Assembly (NCBI GenBank): GCA_964016885.1
Contig: OZ024749.1
Location: 28,892,001-28,956,000 of the forward strand
DNA: 64,000 nt
Direction of reading: 5' to 3'
Source: Eledone cirrhosa
Lineage: Eukaryota
In this document: in pieces, positions 1 to 11,867 of the stretch
Numbering within the stretch: position 1 is the first letter of the stretch
Layout of the letters: every line of letters starts with the position of its first letter
Notes under the pieces: model-generated
What the model was told of the DNA's origin: nothing
What the model saw: only the letters and a program-made list of their open reading frames with translations
Databases searched by the model: none
Program-made: the position numbers and the translations under genes

Positions 1-245
1 TGGCAAGGGCCGTAAATATGCGTCAAAGCATGGCGTCCGACTCTCTACCGATACTGCCAATCCACCGCCCTGGGACGTAATAATAATGGTTTCTGATTTT
101 AGACACAAGGCCATCAATTCAGGGGGAGGGGAGAGTCGACAACAGTGTGTTACTGGTATTCTATTTTATCAATCCTGTAAAGATGAAATGCAAAGCTTAC
201 CTCGGCGTGATTTGAACTCAGAACGTAAAGGATCGCAACTATATG
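1..245 (-). mobile_element. SINE family A copies (tRNA-like head, GCCTTTCATCC...GGGGTCGATAAAATAAAGTACCAG core)
   Basis: Reverse complement of the multi-copy SINE seen at 7175-7370 and elsewhere. Confidence 0.75.
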
Positions 246-939
246 CCGCGATTTAGTTAGTTAATATAATATAACTCATTTTAAGCTGGTGTTTGGAACA
301 TAACTTAACAAACAATGGAAGGTTTTTTTTTGTTTTTTGTAAAATAGTTTTGTTACATAAAAGAAAATTAAGAAAATGATGTTGTTATGGTGTAACGTGT
401 AACAACAAGAACGAGGACGCCGCCGCCAGTCAGGAGTTGTTTATGTGACAAGTGACAACATCATGAGATCCGTGGTAAAACCAGTGAACCTCTAAGTGGT
501 CGTAAGATCTGCTAGAAATAGTAGCCAAATGTCACTCTACAGGGGTTTGTAGTTTTTTTTATTTTTAAACTTTCTTTTTTGTCCATATGAAGGACACATT
601 GGATAATGTAGTCTTAGATATATTGGAGGAGTGAGGGACGGTCATAGTTGGAACGGTTTTGATCTTTAGGTCAGTTGGATCATTGTGACCGGGGGTTAAA
701 TGAAAACGTCATGAGTGGTAGATGAGGGTAATAGGGTGGTAGTGGTGATGAATGTGTAGGTGTTAGGTGTTGTTGTTGTTGTTGGTGGTGGTGATAACGA
801 TGATAGAGGTGTTGGCTGTGATGGTGGTGGTGGTGTTGATGTGTCAGAATAAAATAAAACAATGGAATTATTAAGGAGGATGATGATAGGTTAACAAGAT
901 ATGACTAAATCACATCAATCACCACCACCACTGCTGTCA

Positions 940-1530
940 CGTATACTATCACCACTCCACCACCACCACAAACAACAACACTACTATTACCTCCACCAAC
1001 ACCACAACCATCACCACTCCTACTACTACCACCACCACCACACCACAAACAACACTACTATCACCCCCACCAACACCACAACCATCACCACCCCTACTAC
1101 TACCACCACAAACAACAAGACTACTATCATCCCCACCAACACCACCCCTACTACTACCACCACCACAAACAACAACAACACTACTATCATCCCCACCAAC
1201 ACCACAACCATCACCACCCTTACTACTACCACCACCACAAACAACAACAACACTACAACCACCAAACAACAAGACTACTATCATCTCCACCAACACCACA
1301 ACCATCACCACCCTTACTACTACCACCACCACCCCACCACCAACACAAACAACAACAACACTACAACCACCACCACCAAACAACAAGACTACTATCATCC
1401 CCACCAACACCACAACCATCACCACCCCTACTACCCCCTACCACCACAAACAACAACAACACTACTATCATCCCCACCAAAACCACAACCATCACCACCC
1501 CTACTACTACTACCACCACCACCACCACTT
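940..1530 (+). repeat. C/A-rich low-complexity compound trinucleotide repeat
   Basis: CAC/AAC/TAC runs with recurrent blocks of about 60 bp. Confidence 0.85.
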
Positions 1531-1624
1531 CAATGATAAGAAAATATGAATCAATGAAATAGAAAGTTAATATGACAGAAAGTTAATATGACAAGGAGGA
1601 GATATTAGATAACAGAGGACATTA

Positions 1625-1880
1625 GATCAATAATTTTAAACTTATCAATAGTTTTAAAGTGATCAATAATTTTAAAGTTATCAATAGTTTTAAAGTGATC
1701 GATAGTTTTAAAGTGATCAATGATTAAAAGTTATCAATAGTTTAAAAGTTATCAATAGTTTTAAAGTTATTAATAGTTTTAAAGTTATTAATAGTTTTAA
1801 AGTTATCAATAGTTTGAAGGAGATCAATAGTTTGAAGGAGATTGAGTTTTAAAAGTGATCAGTAGATTGAAAGTTATCAA
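1625..1880 (+). repeat. About 18-bp AT-rich tandem repeat
   Basis: Repeated atcaatagttttaaagtt. Confidence 0.85.
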
Positions 1881-1947
1881 ATTATTGGGGTTAATTAAAC
1901 GGAGGAAGAAACCAATTGTATATTTAAAGAAAGGGGACACAGGAGAG

Positions 1948-2357
1948 TTAAGGGTTGTGGTTTAGGAATTAAGGTTAGAGTTAATGGTAAAGTTTGGGGT
2001 TTAGAGGTAGGGTTAAGGTTAGGGTGAAGGTTAAAGTTGGGGGTTTAAAGGTAGATTTAAGGGTTAAGGTTAAAGTTTGGGGTTTAAGGGTAGATATAAG
2101 GGTTAAGGTTAAAGTTTGGGGTTTAGGGGTAGAGTTAAGGTTAAAGTTTGGTGTTTAAAGGTAGATTTAAGTGTTAAGGTTAAAGTTAGGGGTTTAGAGA
2201 TAGATTTAAGGGTTAAAGTTAAAGTTAAAGTTTGGGGTTTAAAGATAGATTTAAGGGTTAAGGCTAAAGTTTGTGTTTTAGGAGTAGAGTTAAGGTTGAA
2301 GTTTGAGGTTTAGGAGTAGATTTAAGAGTTAAAGTTAAGGTTTAAGGAGTCGGGTTA
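1948..2357 (+). repeat. G/T-rich degenerate telomere-like tandem repeat (about 39-bp unit)
   Basis: Repeated gggttaaggttaaagtttggggtttaagggtagatataa; GGTTAGGG present. Confidence 0.8.
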
Positions 2358-2373
2358 ACATTTGATAACATTT

Positions 2374-4748
2374 GACCCTAACCAAACATACATGACTGTC
2401 AACAGAAAACATACCCAACTATAGTGCAGCATGACCCTAACGGAACACATGTTGACAGATCAACATACCCAGCTATAGTGCAGCATGACCCTAACCAAAT
2501 ACACATGACTGTCGACAGAACAACATACCCAGCTATAGTGCAACATGACCCTAACCAAATACACATGACTGTCGATAGAACAACATACCCAGCTATAGTG
2601 CAACATGACCCCAACCAAATACACATGACTATCGACAGAACAACATACCCAGCTATAGTGCAGCATGACCCTAACCAAATACACATGACTGTCGACAGAA
2701 CAACATACCCAGCTATAGTGCAACATGACCCTAACCAAATACACATGACTGTCGACAGAACAACATACCCAGCTATAGTGCAGCATGACCCTAACCAAAT
2801 ACACATGACTGTCGACAGAACAACATACCCAGCTATAGTGCAGCATGACCCTAACCAAATACACATGACTGTCGACAGAACAATATACCCAGCTATAGTG
2901 CAGCATGACCCTAACCAAATACACATGACTATCGACAGAACAACATACCCAGCTATAGTGCAGCATGACTCTAACCAAATACACATGACTGTCGACAGAA
3001 CAACATACCCAGCTATAGTGCAGCATGACCCTAACCAAATACACATGACTGTCGACAGAACAACATACCCAGCTATAGTGCAGCATGACCCTAACCAAAT
3101 ACACATGACTATCGACAGAACAACATACCCAGCTATAGTGCAACATGACCCTAACCAAATACACATGACTGTCGACAGAACAACATACCCAGCTATAGTG
3201 CAACATGACCCTAACCAAATACACATGACTGTCGACAGAACAACATACCCAGCTATAGTGCAGCATGACCCTAACCAAATACACATGACTGTCGACAGAA
3301 CAACATACCCAGCTATAGTGCAGCATGACCCTAACCAAATACACATGACTATCGACAGAACAACATACCCAGCTATAGTGCAGCATGACCCTAACCAAAT
3401 ACACATGACTGTCGACAGAACAACATACCCAGCTATAGTACAGCATGACCCTAACCAAATACACATGACTGTCGACAGAACAACATACCCAGCTATAGTG
3501 CAGCATGACCCTAACCAAATACACATGACTGTCGACAGAACAATATACCCAGCTATAGTGCAGCATGACCCTAACCAAATACACATGACTATCGACAGAA
3601 CAACATACCCAGCTATAGTGCAGCATGACTAACCAAATACACATGACTGTCGACAGAACAACATACCCAGCTATAGTGCAGCATGACCCTAACCAAATAC
3701 ACATGACTGTCGACAGAACAACATACCCAGCTATAGTGCAGCATGACCCTAACCAAATACACATGACTATCGACAGAACAACATACCCAGCTATAGTGCA
3801 ACATGACCCTAACCAAATACACATGACTGTCGACAGAACAACATACCCAGCTATAGTGCAACATGACCCTAACCAAATACACATGACTGTCGACAGAACA
3901 ACATACCCAGCTATAGTGCAGCATGACCCTAACCAAATACACATGACTGTCGACAGAACAACATACCCAGCTATAGTGCAGCATGACCCTAACCAAATAT
4001 ACATGACTGTCGACAGAACAACATACCCAGCTATAGTGCAGCATGACCCTAACCAAATACACATGACTGTCGACAGAACAACATACCCAGCTATAGTGCA
4101 ACATGACACTAACCAAATACACATGACTGTCGACAGAACAACATACTCAGCTATAGTGCAACATGACCCTAACCAAATACACATGACTGTCGACAGAACA
4201 ACATACCCAGCTATAGTGCAGCATGACCCTAACCAAATACACATGACTGTCGACAGAACAACATACTCAGCTATAGTGCAACATGACCCTAACCAAATAC
4301 ACATGACTGTCGACAGAACAACATACCCAGCTATAGTGCAGCATGACCCTAACCAAATACACATGACTGTCGACAGAACAACATACCCAGCTATAGTGCA
4401 ACATGACCCTAACCAAATACACATGACTGTCGACAGAACAACATACTCAGCTATAGTGCAACATGACCCTAACCAAATACACATGACTGTCGACAGAACA
4501 ACATACTCAGCTATAGTGCAACATGACCCTAACCAAATACACATGACTGTCGACAGAACAATATACCCAGCTATAGTGCAACATGACCCTAACCAAATAC
4601 ACATGACTGTCGACAGAACAACATACCCAGCTATAGTGCAACATGACCCTAACCAAATACACATGACTGTCGACAGAACAACATACCCAGCTATAGTGCA
4701 ACATGACCCTAATGGAACACATGTTGACATAACAACATACCCAGCTAT
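2374..4748 (+). repeat. 60-bp minisatellite, about 39-40 near-identical units, one CCCTAA per unit
   Basis: Unit GACCCTAACCAAATACACATGACTGTCGACAGAACAACATACCCAGCTATAGTGCAGCAT; 2-bp deletion near 3630. Confidence 0.98.
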
Positions 4749-5140
4749 ATATAGGTAAGACAAATCAACTAGTTATATATAGGAACATTTAACTAAGAAA
4801 CAGCTGACACCATAACTGATATTTGTATAGCCCAGTTAGCTATAAATAGGTACTATAGCTATATAGTACCATATACCACATAATCCTATATATATATATA
4901 TATATATATTACACACACACCATATATCACAGTCCAACACACACACCACATAGTCATACATGCACACATACCACACACCACATAGTCATACACACACACA
5001 CATATATACCACACACCACATAGTCATACATGCACACATACCACACCACATAGTCATACACACACACACACATACCACAGTCATACACACACACACACCT
5101 ACCACACACCACATAGTCACACACACACACACACCACAGT

Positions 5141-5188
<48 letters not shown>

Positions 5189-5245
5189 CACCATATATTA
5201 CATAGTCCTACATAGATATATATAAATATACCATATATTACCTAG

Positions 5246-5299
<54 letters not shown>

Positions 5300-5702
5300 A
5301 TATATCACATAGTCCTACACACACACACACATATATATAGTCCTACACACACACACACATATATATAGTCCTACACACACACACATACATATATATATAT
5401 GAAATAACAGGAGGCTCCTGTTATTTCATTTATAATTAACTCCGTATTCGCACCACCAACTACACAAACGAAGATGGGTGAACTGCACTGCGTTGAGTAC
5501 TCTTCACAATATTACACCAGGATTGACCATTTACGGAATGACCAGTTCTATCCAGTGGTGAACCAACAAACCTTAAGAAATATATATATATATATATATC
5601 TCCATATATCCCATAGTCCTACACACACACACATATATATATATATATATCTATATATCTATATAAATATATATATATACATATATCACATAGTCCTACA
5701 CG

Positions 5703-5736
<34 letters not shown>

Positions 5737-5867
5737 ACATATATTAGCTAGTTTATATACATATATATATGTGTGTGTATGTAAAAGGTAAACAGAAATA
5801 ACAACACAATCGGTACAGTATATGGAAGGTATATATTAGGTTAACGCTTGATATAGCAGGAAGAGGG

Positions 5868-5903
5868 TCTTAACTTTTCGGATGCTAGTCCTTCATCAGA
5901 AGA
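5868..5903 (-). ncRNA. Minimal hammerhead ribozyme motif (slightly degenerate stem III)
   Basis: Minus strand: tctt-CTGATGA-a-gga(ctagca)tcc-GAAA-a-GTT-aaga. Confidence 0.5.
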
Positions 5904-6071
5904 AAGAATGAGAAATAATAGATTGAGAGGATGGGCAGGATGGAATTGTAAAAAAATGTCAATAGATAAAAATAACAGGTCCGTTCATGTTGACATCTCT
6001 TGTAAAACTATATATATATATATATAGGTTTAGGAATGACCAAAGAGTGCTTAGAAATACATTGTTTTATT

Positions 6072-6118
6072 AGCTAACAGTGTTTCATCCGTACCCTAAG
6101 GCAGGAATCATCAGAGCC
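6072..6118 (-). ncRNA. Minimal hammerhead ribozyme motif
   Basis: Minus strand: ggct-CTGATGA-t-tcctgcc(ttag)ggtacgga-t-GAAA-cact-GTT-agct. Confidence 0.6.
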
Positions 6119-6699
6119 TATAAACAAGAGTATATCAATAGTTGCATGCTCCGTCATACCAAGTGCAATATATCTGCGTGTCTGGGCACATTGATATATT
6201 TGTCAACGAAATTATATATTTATATATATATATAAATTATATATATATATATATATACATACATACCATGTACCACATAGTATTACATCATCATCATCAT
6301 CATTTAACGTCCATTTTTCCACGCTTGCATAGGTTAGACAAGTACCATAGATCGCCTTATTTCATGTTGGACAAGTACCATAGACACCTTATTTCATGTT
6401 GCTCCTTCTGCCTGGATTTGCAACCAGTAGATAGTATTAACAATTGGAAAGTCCAACGGAAACATTGTTTCCTTGGTCTGGTTTTTTTTCTTTTTTGGTT
6501 GTTCTCAAGGCTTTCTCAAGTATCTGTCATGTTGTCACTATTTTTAGCGGGGTGGGGTGTGGTGGGGGGTTTAGTATAAGACCAGTAAACTCCAAGGTGC
6601 AATCAGCGTTGTATAATTAACAGATCAAAAGTAAATTGCTGAACTTGTGCCTATAATATAAAGCATTATATGTAGGTGGGGGCGAAGGAAGGGAGGGGG

Positions 6700-7925
6700 A
6701 ATTGGCAGTAATCGGCAGAGCGTCGGACAACATGCTTTGCGACATATAATTACGTCTCTTTACGTTCTGAGTTCAAATCCCTTCTGCTGAGGTTAGCTCT
6801 GCCTATTCATCCTTACGGGGTTGATAAAATAAAGCACCAGTAACGCACTGGGGTCGATTTAATCGATATTCTCCTCATGCCAACATTGCTGGCCTTGTGT
6901 CTAAATTAGAAACTATTATTAATGGTGGTTTATATCTTTCGTTTTATTATTTTCGTGGATTAGGCGGTAATCGGTAGAGCGTTGGACATCATGTTTTGCG
7001 GCATAGAGTTACGCCCCTTTATCTACTGAATTCAAATTCCGCTGGGGTCGATGAAATAAAGAACTACTACCAGTAACGTATTGAGGTAGATTTAATCGGC
7101 TTTCTCCTCTTCCCCCAAATTGCTGGCCTTGTGCCTAACCAGAATCAACGAGAAACTATTATTAGTAGACGGAGGGCGGTGGATTGGCAGTATTGGGAGA
7201 GGGTCGGACGCCATGCTTTGACGTATAGAGTTACGGCCCTTGCCATTCTGAGTTCAAATCCCGCCGAGGTTAACTTTGCCTTTCATCCTTACGAGGTCGA
7301 TAAAATAAAGTACCAGTAATGCACTGGTTAATTGATGGCCTTGTGCCTAACGTAGAAACAATTATTAGTAGACGGAGGGACATGCTGACCAAATTATGTA
7401 GCAGCATAGCATCACTTCACATTCCGAGTTCGAATACCAGTGAGACCAACTTTGACTTTGGTCGTCCGAATAGATCAATAAAATATATATGTAGTAGTAT
7501 AATTGTGGCAATCCATTCAATCAATTATGGTATTATTCCTCTCTAAATATAATTGTGGCTTCAAGCCATTATTATTGGTGAATTGGCAGTATCGGTAGAG
7601 GGTCGGACATGCTTTCCAGCATAGTTACGTCCCTTTATGATCTGAGTTCAAATCCCGCCAAGGTTAACTTTGCCTTTCATCCATACGGAGTCGATAAAAT
7701 AAAGTACCAGTAATGTACTGGTTAATTGCTGGCCTTGTGCCAAAAGTAGAAACCATTATTATATTATTATCTGATACCACGATCAGTGAAATAGCAGATA
7801 GGATGCCACGTTGGCCGTCCATAATGGTATTTTAACTTTCTTCAAAACGTTTTGAGTTCAAATATAGCCGAGGTCAACTTCACCTATTTTATTTTTCCTA
7901 CTTCTCCCAGAGTGAACAATAAAAT
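6700..7925 (+). mobile_element. Cluster of tandem SINE family A copies
   Basis: Repeated tggcagtatcggtagag (A-box-like)...gagttcaaatcc (B-box)...gcctttcatccttacggggtcgataaaataaagtaccag...attatta tails. Confidence 0.85.
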
Positions 7926-8577
7926 ACTAGCCAATTACACAACTTAAAAGACTATATTTCTAGAGGAGATATTTCGTTAGTAAAATTATTAAAAGCTAAA
8001 TATAAGTATATATATACGTCTGTATATATATATGTATGTACGTATACATACTTATATTTAAGTAACAGCCGTACTAAGAGTGGGAAATGAAATTTCGTTT
8101 AATTTTTTTCCGTTTATCGTTTTCGGTGCACCCCGCCGATTAACCCACTCGATATGCAAATTGGGCTACTCAGCCGTTAATATGCATAAGGAAAGTATAT
8201 ACTTTCGGACGTTCAACAATCTGGCAGAAAGGTATACGTTGCTGACGATAGCTAACAAGCTTGAAACTAGTACAGCGTTCCTTTGTCAGTGTTGAACAAA
8301 CGAGCAACGATGGTTGCTAGACACTGCGGCTTTATACGGGATGTTTGTTTACAAACACACCGAGCATTATAATAAATGTTTGGTGAATCCATACGTACAT
8401 ATATATATATGTGTGCATGTATGTATATATATATACATACTACTGTACGTCTGTATACATATATGTATGTACGTATACATACTTATATTTAAGTAACAGC
8501 TGTACTAAGAGTGGGAAATGAAATATCGTTTCATTTTTTACGTTTATTAAAAGCTATATATACTGGAATATTATTAA

Positions 8578-8765
8578 ATGGATTGGTAGTATCGGTAGAG
8601 GGTCGGACGCCATGCTTTCCAGCATAGTTACGTCCCTTTACGATCTGAGTTCAAATCCCGCCGAGGTTGACTTTGCCTTTCATCCTTACGGGGTCGATAA
8701 AATAAAGTACCAGTGAGGCACTGGGTAGTTGCTGGCCTTGTGCCTAAAGTAGAAACAATTATTAA
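8578..8765 (+). mobile_element. SINE family A copy
   Basis: Same head, core and tail. Confidence 0.85.
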
Positions 8766-9362
8766 AAGCTATATATATACGTATCCACATATGATTTTAT
8801 ATGGCCCTAATAATTCGAGTCTCTGTAAGAATCCGCTATAGGGATAGCTATCTCTATCACAGACACCATGAAAAGAGCCAAAGCTTTTGGCATAATTCTT
8901 TCGCTAAGTCATATATATATATATATATATATAGGGTCGGCTGAAATGTCCATTAGCTGACTATGAAGGAGTGATGCTAGACTGCGAAATCTTGTATGCA
9001 TTAATTTCAACTCTTATTAATAACTGTATCGCTTTTTTCCAATATATATATCAAAAGAGGGACTATACAATCAAAACTCAAAGGAGAGTAGAGACAGACA
9101 TAGATTGTAATTGCCAGCCACGGAACGAGGCAGTTGCTCAATGTTTATATCATGCAAAACATGCGTTAAGAGAATAGCGCGTGGGAAAAGTTAGTGATGC
9201 ATTTAGGAAATAAATAGAGCATGAACATTCAAAAGTATTCGAAGAAAATCAATCAACTTTCATAAATAAACTGTTTAAATGAAAGTTGGTTGATTTTCTT
9301 ATAATGACACATATGTCACCCAGTTCCATCGCGTTTTGTAAAAGACTATATATATAACCTTG

Positions 9363-9409
<47 letters not shown>

Positions 9410-9411
<2 letters not shown>

Positions 9412-9459
9412 TTTCAGAAGATCCCGTTAAGGTGAAAGCAGCGATTCTTTGCTTAAACT
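9410..9459 (+). ncRNA. Hammerhead-like motif with CAGAAGA core (family A copy)
   Basis: agttt-CAGAAGA-t-ccc(gttaa)gg-t-GAAA-gca..tgc-TT-aaact. Confidence 0.5.
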
Positions 9460-9583
9460 TTAATCTGTTATTTTAATAAATATATATACACATAGTTAAC
9501 CCTTTTTTCGTCATTTATCTGGGTAAAGATTGTGGTTATTATCTGCTATGACATCTGGTGAGGGTTTAACCGAAAGCTGTCCT

Positions 9584-9616
<33 letters not shown>

Positions 9617-9703
9617 CGACTTTTTTTAGCCGTTGGTATATAGTCTTTAATGCGATGAAATACCAATGATGGTTGGAAGATCACTGATGAAGGACTAACT
9701 TTA

Positions 9704-9737
<34 letters not shown>

Positions 9738-9741
<4 letters not shown>

Positions 9742-10196
9742 AAAACAATGAAATAAAAAATCAAGTCATTAGAGATATACTTAACTGCTTTACGATCGTT
9801 TCTAGATGGTGATAATACATTGTATTTATACTCAGTTATTGATCTATGTAAGTTTACAAACTATCAGATAAAGAGAATATTTACTTACATGCATATCACC
9901 AGCTGTTTTCAAAATAAACAATTTGATTCGTTAGTTCTTCAACTACTTCAAAATAAGGACATGATACTAACATACTACTAATTCTGAACTAAATTATTAT
10001 TGAATAAAATTATTATTACTTTTGAAAACAGCTGCTGATATGCATGTAAGTAAATATTCTCTTTATCTGATAGTTTGTAAACTTACATAGATCAATAACT
10101 GAGTATAAATACAATGTATTATCACCATCTAGAAACGATCGTAAAGCAGTGAAGTATATCTCTAATGACTTGATTTTTTATTTCATTGTTTTAACA
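9738..10196. repeat. Long inverted repeat (arms about 177 bp, spacer about 105 bp)
   Basis: 9738-9914 is the near-perfect reverse complement of 10020-10196; contains GAAACGATCGTA, a hammerhead-type 3' half. Confidence 0.92.
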
Positions 10197-10340
10197 CATA
10201 TCATGACTCTGTTTTCCTTTTAATGTTTTATTGTTTTCCGAGATTTATCTTAACCTACAACATTTTCAACATATGGGTTACATCGAGTTCTTCATACAGA
10301 ATAGACCCCACAACTTACTATGGATACCTCTGTGTGTGTG

Positions 10341-10372
<32 letters not shown>

Positions 10373-10549
10373 TATACACTTTCCCTTTCCCCCAAAATTG
10401 TTGGCCTTGACAAGAACCCTCGTCAGATAACCCTGTGATGAATAGGTGAAACTCCAGAGTAACAAGACTCACGATTTAGTCTTATTAAAATTAATATTAG
10501 AACTCTACTAATACGCAAGTAAGTATGTTTTGAAACAGTGAGCAGGTTT

Positions 10550-10772
10550 GAAATTAGAAAATAGAATAGCTTTCACCGTATTTTTGACTAAAGGAATTTT
10601 AGCCTGATAATGGGGTTTAGAACCCTCAGATAAATGGAAAAAGATGAGTCTTGACGTACATGGGACGTCAATACTCATCTTTTTCCATTTATCTGAGGGT
10701 TCTAAACCCCATTATCAGGCTAAAATTCCTTTAGTCAAAAATACGGTGAAAGCTATTCTATTTTCTAATTTC
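10550..10772. repeat. Near-perfect palindrome (about 108-bp arms, 7-nt loop)
   Basis: gaaattagaaaatagaatagc...ttgacgt ACATGGG acgtcaa...gctattctattttctaatttc. Confidence 0.92.
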
Positions 10773-10962
10773 TACTACTTCGGTATTGAGTACTACTTTC
10801 TCCCAGCCCTCAACCTCATACGGATGGATACAAACACAGGTATATATTATAGGAACATCTCTCTCTTAAGATATATGTCTACATAACAGTACACACACAC
10901 ACACGCACATATATATATCAATGATATTAATAAATGGAAACTATATTTATAAAACCATATTT

Positions 10963-11021
10963 ATTCTATTATATATATTTCAAGAGTACCAAAACTTTGG
11001 TACGCTCTCATCAGATAAAAT
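10963..11021 (-). ncRNA. Minimal type I hammerhead ribozyme (inverted copy of 11162-11220)
   Basis: Minus strand: attttatCTGATGAgagcgtaccaaagttttggtactcttGAAAtatatataatagaat. Confidence 0.72.
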
Positions 11022-11161
11022 ACAAAGTTTGTTTTATAGTGACATACCCAGGAATCAGACCTTAACGGTTCAAGTGCCGTTTGGATAGTTAATGACTAAC
11101 GGAACTTGAACCGTTAAGATCTGATTCCTGGGTATGTCACTATTTATAAAACAAACTTTGA

Positions 11162-11220
11162 ATTTTATCTGATGAGAGTGTACCAAAGTGTTGGTACCCT
11201 TGAAATATATATAATAGAAT
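11162..11220 (+). ncRNA. Minimal type I hammerhead ribozyme
   Basis: ATTTTAT-CTGATGA-g-agtgtaccaa/ttggtaccct-t-GAAA-tatata-TA-ATAGAAT; stem I ATTTTAT/ATAGAAT. Confidence 0.75.
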
Positions 11221-11497
11221 AAATATGGTTTTATAAATATAGTTTCCATTTATTAATATCATTGATATTATACTCCAGAAAACGTGTCAAGTGCTTCGAA
11301 TCTATTATAAATATATTTGTTGAATTACCAACAAATTAAATATACCTTTGCTTATATATATATATATAGTAATAATAATAAATTTGAAGACTAAAATCCA
11401 AAGAGGGCTCGATAAGGATAAATATATATCAAATATATAAGAACCGTAGAGCAAATATTTATTAAAATAACAGATTAAAGTTTAAGCAAAGAATCGC

Positions 11498-11546
11498 TTT
11501 CAGAAGATCCCGTTAAGGGTGAAAGCAGCGACTCTTTGCTTAAACT
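11498..11546 (+). ncRNA. Hammerhead-like motif with CAGAAGA core (family A copy)
   Basis: ttt-CAGAAGA-t-ccc(gttaa)ggg-t-GAAA-gca..tgc-TT-aaa, inside a local fold-back. Confidence 0.5.
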
Positions 11547-11575
11547 TTAATCTGTTATTTTAATAAATATATATA

Positions 11576-11620
11576 TATCACTGAAGAGGTCGCAGAATGT
11601 GTGACGAAAGAACTTTGACA
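11576..11620 (+). ncRNA. Minimal hammerhead ribozyme motif
   Basis: tca-CTGAAGA-g-gtcgca/tgtgac-GAAA-gaac-TT-tga. Confidence 0.6.
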
Positions 11621-11829
11621 ATATATGAACAATCGTCTGGTTGTGGAACCAACCAACCAACCGGAAATTTATAAATTCCTAAATTTATAAATTTAATTTA
11701 TAATAAATTGAAGTGAAAGCAACTTGTGCGTGTGTTTCTAATTGACAACATGACCCTCCCAAAGTATAACAATATCGGTTTCAACACACGTTTTCAGATA
11801 AAGAATCTTGCTAAACAAATTCAGAAACG

Positions 11830-11867
<38 letters not shown>

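Larger units (their letters stand above)
10914..11268. repeat. Long palindrome (about 165-bp arms) carrying two hammerheads
   Basis: atatcaatgatattaataaatgg... is the reverse complement of ...ccatttattaatatcattgatat. Confidence 0.92.

Noticed and set aside
680-1536. His/Thr-rich or Val/Gly-rich proteins
   Set aside because: Low-complexity trinucleotide DNA open in several frames, with no gene structure.
2374-4763. CRISPR array or long repeat-protein genes (ORFs of 377-767 aa on both strands)
   Set aside because: Units are contiguous and near-identical with no unique spacers and no cas genes. The ORFs arise from a stop-free 60-bp unit, are broken by a 2-bp deletion and have no splice context.
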